DNA of 32,000 nucleotides. Origin: Demequinaceae bacterium (lineage in GTDB: Bacteria; Actinomycetota; Actinomycetes; Actinomycetales; Demequinaceae). The stretch's first letter is position 1; each line of letters starts with the position of its first letter. The notes under the pieces were generated by a model. It saw only the letters and a program-made list of their open reading frames with translations, did not search any database and had not been told where the DNA came from. Location of the stretch: the NCBI GenBank assembly GCA_965250005.1, contig OZ252279.1, positions 1,740,001-1,772,000 on the forward strand, read 5' to 3'. The translations under genes were made by a program, and so were the position numbers. Positions 28,957 to 32,000 of the stretch are shown in pieces.

Positions 28957-31083
28957 TCACGACTGGAGCCTCGGACGCCGACCAATGACGTCGTCTCCAT
29001 CGTCCTGCGAGCCGGAGTGTCGCGACGCATCTGGCTCGGCGCCCCATCGCTCCTGGCTTGCCACGATGATGTGTTCCGAGTCCGACGACCGCTCCGGGGC
29101 AGGCAGCGTCTTTCCGGACACCCACCGTTGCGGGTGGCCACCGCAAACCAGCTGGGCGTAGACGTGGAACTGCGGCAGCGCCATGAAGTCCTGAGTTTTC
29201 AGCTCGGGTGCGAAGGCAGCCATGTCTTTGGCATCCTTGGCTCCAAGGGTGAAGGTGATCTTGTTGCGCGCGTTGGCGTCAACAGCAGCTCGTGTCGCAG
29301 CATCGAATTGGTCTCGGTACTGGTGTGCCAAATGCCAGGCGACACCAAGTGCGCGGGAACGTGCCAGGGCGTCAGCTAGGTCGCTGTCGAGGCGCAAGAA
29401 CTCCTGGGCCTCGTCAACGTAGATCGAAACTGGGGTTCGAGCATGCGGGTTGACCCGGGCTCGCGCGAGAGTCAGTTGCCACAGTTGAGTCACCAACAAG
29501 GACCCAAGTAATCGCGACGCAGTCGCACCCAGCAAGCCGGTGTTTAGCGGCACCAGCAGGATCTTCTGGTCGGTGAAGATCCGGGCGAGATCGAACCTCG
29601 GGACTGGCTGGTCAAGCACCCGGCGAAGTGAAGGGCGCAGCAGGAACTGTCGCAAGCGCGACAGCACCGGCCCGATGAACTGGGCCTGTTGGGCTACAGA
29701 CAGTGATTCGAAGTTGGCCCAGAATCCGCCAAGTGCTTCGTCGTCGATGGCTGCCAGATGGCGTGCCCGAAACGCGCGGTCGGTCAGAAGGCGCGGCAGC
29801 CAGGCAAGAGTTGCACCGGGTAGTTCGGAAAGGCTGAGGAGCGATGCGTGGAGAACGTCACTAGTTCGAGGCCCGAACATAGACGGGAACAGTCCACGAA
29901 ACACCGCCAGGATGCCATCGGCGACCAGTTCGCGGCTCGCATCGGTGGACGCCAGTGGGTTGAGACCAACCGGCCGTTCGTCCGTCGGGTCGAGAACAAC
30001 GATGTCGTCGCTCCGGTTTGCAGGTATCCGCTTGAGTATTTCGACCACTAGGTCTGATTTCGGGTCAATCACGACGATACCTCGACCCGCCTTGAGGTCG
30101 GCATGGATCAAGTTCAATAGTGCGGTCGACTTGCCCGTTCCGGTCGGTCCCGTCAGAACCGTGTGGAATCTCGCGTCGTCAATGTTGATACCAAGCGGTC
30201 GCTTCTCGCCAGGTGCGGTCGTGTGCGCGAACACACGGGACGTGTCGGGTTCCCTAGCGTCAAGGGCAAGTGGCTTGGGGTGATTCTCAGGTAGTCCCGG
30301 TGCCGTCTCGAGTTCGATCGGCCATCCTGAGATCGCGAGTACTTCTGAGCATGTCAACACCGTGTTGCCGCGCGACGGCAGAATCGCTTCGTTCAGCATG
30401 TCGCTTCGGTCGCGGACTAGATCGACCCTCGTTCCTGGAGATTGGATGGTTCGCAGTGCGGCAAGCACACCAGCAACGAGGGTGCGGACCCGCTGCTCAG
30501 AGTTGGCTCGTGCGCCCACGCGAGCTCGAGCAACAAACGCCAGTTCGGTCTGCTTTGACTCCAGGGCTTTCTTGATCGCCGTCGACGGCTTGCGTGCGCC
30601 GTGCACTAGGAGGGCGAGCGTTGACTGTGTTGGATCGCGATCGGACGCGGCACCCGCTCGGGGAGGGATGCCGCGTCCAAGCACGAGCTGGAGAACAACC
30701 TCGTCGGTCGGTCTCGTGGCCGCACCTAGAGCCGTCAGCAGTGCCAGGCTCGTCTGGCGTGGATGGTCGACGAGAAGTCGCAGTGCGGCTCCGTCAACCC
30801 GAAGACGCGTTGAGGCAGACACTGGGCGACGCGAGCGGTCGCCCTCTTCGACGACGGTCCCGTGCACCAGGTTGGTCAGAGTGGCCGTCAAGCGAGTGGC
30901 AGCAGAGGGTGTGCACCCGAGCAAATAGCGGACGTGGCCGCCGCTCGCATGAACCTCGAACACCACCGCGCCCCGCGTTGCGTCTGACGCAATCTGCTGC
31001 AGCAGGCCAATTGCCTCTACGGTCTCCAGCGGTTGGGGCCAATGGACGCGCCGCCATACGAATTCATGGTTTCGGCGGCGCAT
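28957..31083 (-). CDS. Type IV secretion/conjugative DNA-transfer-type ATPase (TraD/VirD4/FtsK-HerA-like)
   Basis: Walker A VLTGPTGTGKSTALLNLI, VVIDPKSDLV, Walker B VSIYVDEAQEFL, AHQYRDQF; start at MRRRNHEFVW preceded by AAGGAG; listed ORF start is 31209. Confidence 0.88.
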   Translation of the reverse strand: MRRRNHEFVWRRVHWPQPLETVEAIGLLQQIASDATRGAVVFEVHASGGHVRYLLGCTPSAATRLTATLTNLVHGTVVEEGDRSRRPVSASTRLRVDGAALRLLVDHPRQTSLALLTALGAATRPTDEVVLQLVLGRGIPPRAGAASDRDPTQSTLALLVHGARKPSTAIKKALESKQTELAFVARARVGARANSEQRVRTLVAGVLAALRTIQSPGTRVDLVRDRSDMLNEAILPSRGNTVLTCSEVLAISGWPIELETAPGLPENHPKPLALDAREPDTSRVFAHTTAPGEKRPLGINIDDARFHTVLTGPTGTGKSTALLNLIHADLKAGRGIVVIDPKSDLVVEILKRIPANRSDDIVVLDPTDERPVGLNPLASTDASRELVADGILAVFRGLFPSMFGPRTSDVLHASLLSLSELPGATLAWLPRLLTDRAFRARHLAAIDDEALGGFWANFESLSVAQQAQFIGPVLSRLRQFLLRPSLRRVLDQPVPRFDLARIFTDQKILLVPLNTGLLGATASRLLGSLLVTQLWQLTLARARVNPHARTPVSIYVDEAQEFLRLDSDLADALARSRALGVAWHLAHQYRDQFDAATRAAVDANARNKITFTLGAKDAKDMAAFAPELKTQDFMALPQFHVYAQLVCGGHPQRWVSGKTLPAPERSSDSEHIIVASQERWGAEPDASRHSGSQDDGDDVIGRRPRLQS

Positions 31084-31267
31084 CACGCGGCTCCTTGTCC
31101 GATAGAGAGGTGTCGCGGTGCTGTGACGCAGCATCGACCTCGGCCTGGGCGATGTCGAGCAGTGCACGGGAGAGCTTGTGGATGTCGACGGGGTCGCGTC
31201 GGATGCCACTGACGCGAATTCGTCGTGGCTTGCGCTTGTCGTGTCTTCGTGAACTGCTCACCCCCAT
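31064..31267 (-). CDS. Small charged protein of unknown function
   Basis: KRKPRRIRVSGIRRDPVDIHKLSRALLDIAQAEVDAASQ; overlaps start of the ATPase gene by about 20 nt. Listed ORF extends to 31321. Confidence 0.55.
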   Translation of the reverse strand: MGVSSSRRHDKRKPRRIRVSGIRRDPVDIHKLSRALLDIAQAEVDAASQHRDTSLSDKEPRDAPPKP

Positions 31268-31372
31268 CCCGGGCCCCCTTCGGCGAACGGCTCCGGCCTC
31301 GCCCCTCGATTGATGTCGCACTCACCTATGAAGGGCATGAGGCCTGCTGTCAAGAGTGATCGTGAATTCCAC

Positions 31373-31405
31373 AACACCGGACGGACAGTCTGGACGTCTG
31401 GTGTT
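31373..31405. promoter_or_regulatory. 33-bp imperfect palindrome (candidate operator or transfer-related site)
   Basis: AACACCGGACGGACAG-T-CTGGACGTCTGGTGTT, 13 of 16 arm positions complementary. Confidence 0.35.
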
Positions 31406-31439
31406 CGGGAAACGAGGCGGTTGTGTTCTGGCATGGCTG

Positions 31440-31637
31440 TCACCATCGATCGAGACGAGCACGCCACCGCGCCCAGCCGACTCGTGCTGCGACCATTGCG
31501 GCCGCGATGAGAAGCAGCCACGGCCATACCTGCGCGACCAAGCTCGCGCCGAGCCACAGCAACCAACAAGCAACGGCTACGCGGGCGGCGCCATAAACGA
31601 TCCGGCGCGTGAGCGCTTCGGTTTCGTTCACGATCAC
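31440..31637 (-). CDS. Small membrane protein
   Basis: 65 aa with about two TM segments (VAVACWLLWLGASLVAQVWPWLLLIAAAMVAA); GTGA overlap with the upstream MT-A70 stop. Confidence 0.6.
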   Translation of the reverse strand: MIVNETEALTRRIVYGAARVAVACWLLWLGASLVAQVWPWLLLIAAAMVAARVGWARWRARLDRW

Positions 31638-32000
31638 TCACCACCGACTCCTCGTGTTGCTGGCGCATCGGGCACGGGGAAGCCAACGAGATCAACGTCG
31701 GAGTGAATCTCGTTGCCCCACACCTGCCAGCCCGCCCGTGGGCGTCTGGCGAACAGCTCCAGATACGGGCCATCGGAGACCCGCTCGATGATGTCGTGTA
31801 CTTCCTCGGGTTTGTGGGAGTGCTCTTGGACCGGTGCAAACAGCCACGTGCCTTGGCCGCGGTAGCGCACGGGTGCCTTTCCGCGAGTGCCGAGCATCAC
31901 GTGCTCGGTCATGTTCCGCAAATACGGCCCGAGACCAAGGCGCGGCTTCACCCACGTCAGCAGCGACCGGTACTCGAACCCCCACGCCTCCAACACTTCT
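31634..32000 (-). CDS. MT-A70-family (N6-adenine) methyltransferase, C-terminal part, runs off window
   Basis: LEAWGFEYRSLLTWVKPRLGLGPYLRNMTEHVMLGTRGKAPVRYRGQGTWLFAPVQEHSHKPEEVHDIIERVSDGPYLELFARRPRAGWQVWGNEI; frame remains open to 32000. Confidence 0.85.
   Translation of the reverse strand, partial: EVLEAWGFEYRSLLTWVKPRLGLGPYLRNMTEHVMLGTRGKAPVRYRGQGTWLFAPVQEHSHKPEEVHDIIERVSDGPYLELFARRPRAGWQVWGNEIHSDVDLVGFPVPDAPATRGVGGE

Larger units (their letters stand above)
24769..32000. mobile_element. Integrated mobile element (ICE/IME-like), right boundary outside window
   Basis: Serine recombinase adjacent to the tRNA-Ala 3' end, followed by a minus-strand run of replication-relaxation, conjugative ATPase and methyltransferase genes; the host gene order ends here. 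Left boundary is approximate. Confidence 0.8.

Noticed and set aside
29540-30283. 247-aa plus-strand ORF opposite the conjugative ATPase
   Set aside because: Ser/Arg-rich shadow ORF; the minus strand carries intact Walker motifs.
31258-31839. 193-aa and 83-aa minus-strand ORFs (31258-31839, 31322-31573) as additional element genes
   Set aside because: Overlap out of frame with the better-supported MT-A70 fragment and small membrane protein; low-complexity translations.
1-32000. CRISPR array, retron, toxin-antitoxin or phage structural genes
   Set aside because: No spaced direct repeats, reverse transcriptase, paired small toxin-antitoxin genes or capsid/terminase signatures were seen on either strand.

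Overview
High-GC actinobacterial chromosome segment with two parts. Positions 1 to about 24,770 are dense housekeeping genes: groEL 3' end, DUF4031, WXG100, HD-like protein, two-component system, cold-shock protein/DUF3027, MFS, CAP-domain protein, serC, manA, UDP-glucose dehydrogenase family, DtxR-family regulator, NlpC/P60, aldo/keto reductase, tRNA-Arg(CCT), a 1435-codon DUF4011/SF1-helicase-like protein, then an FmdB/5-FCL | galU-moeA-GNAT-membrane protein block and tRNA-Ala(CGC). From about 24,770 to beyond the right edge is an integrated mobile element whose visible genes are all on the minus strand: large serine recombinase, candidate PD-(D/E)XK nuclease translationally coupled to a replication-relaxation family protein, conjugative-type ATPase, two small proteins and an MT-A70-like methyltransferase that runs off the window. 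The strongest leads are: (1) the 1435-aa protein, which keeps the DUF4011 + SF1 helicase + Vsr-like layout but appears to have lost every catalytic motif I can align; (2) the nuclease/replication-relaxation cassette; (3) the recombinase frame reading antisense through the tRNA-Ala junction, where a dyad is centred on the tRNA 3' end. No recognisable defence system or CRISPR array was found. All family calls are from sequence pattern recognition; no searches were run.
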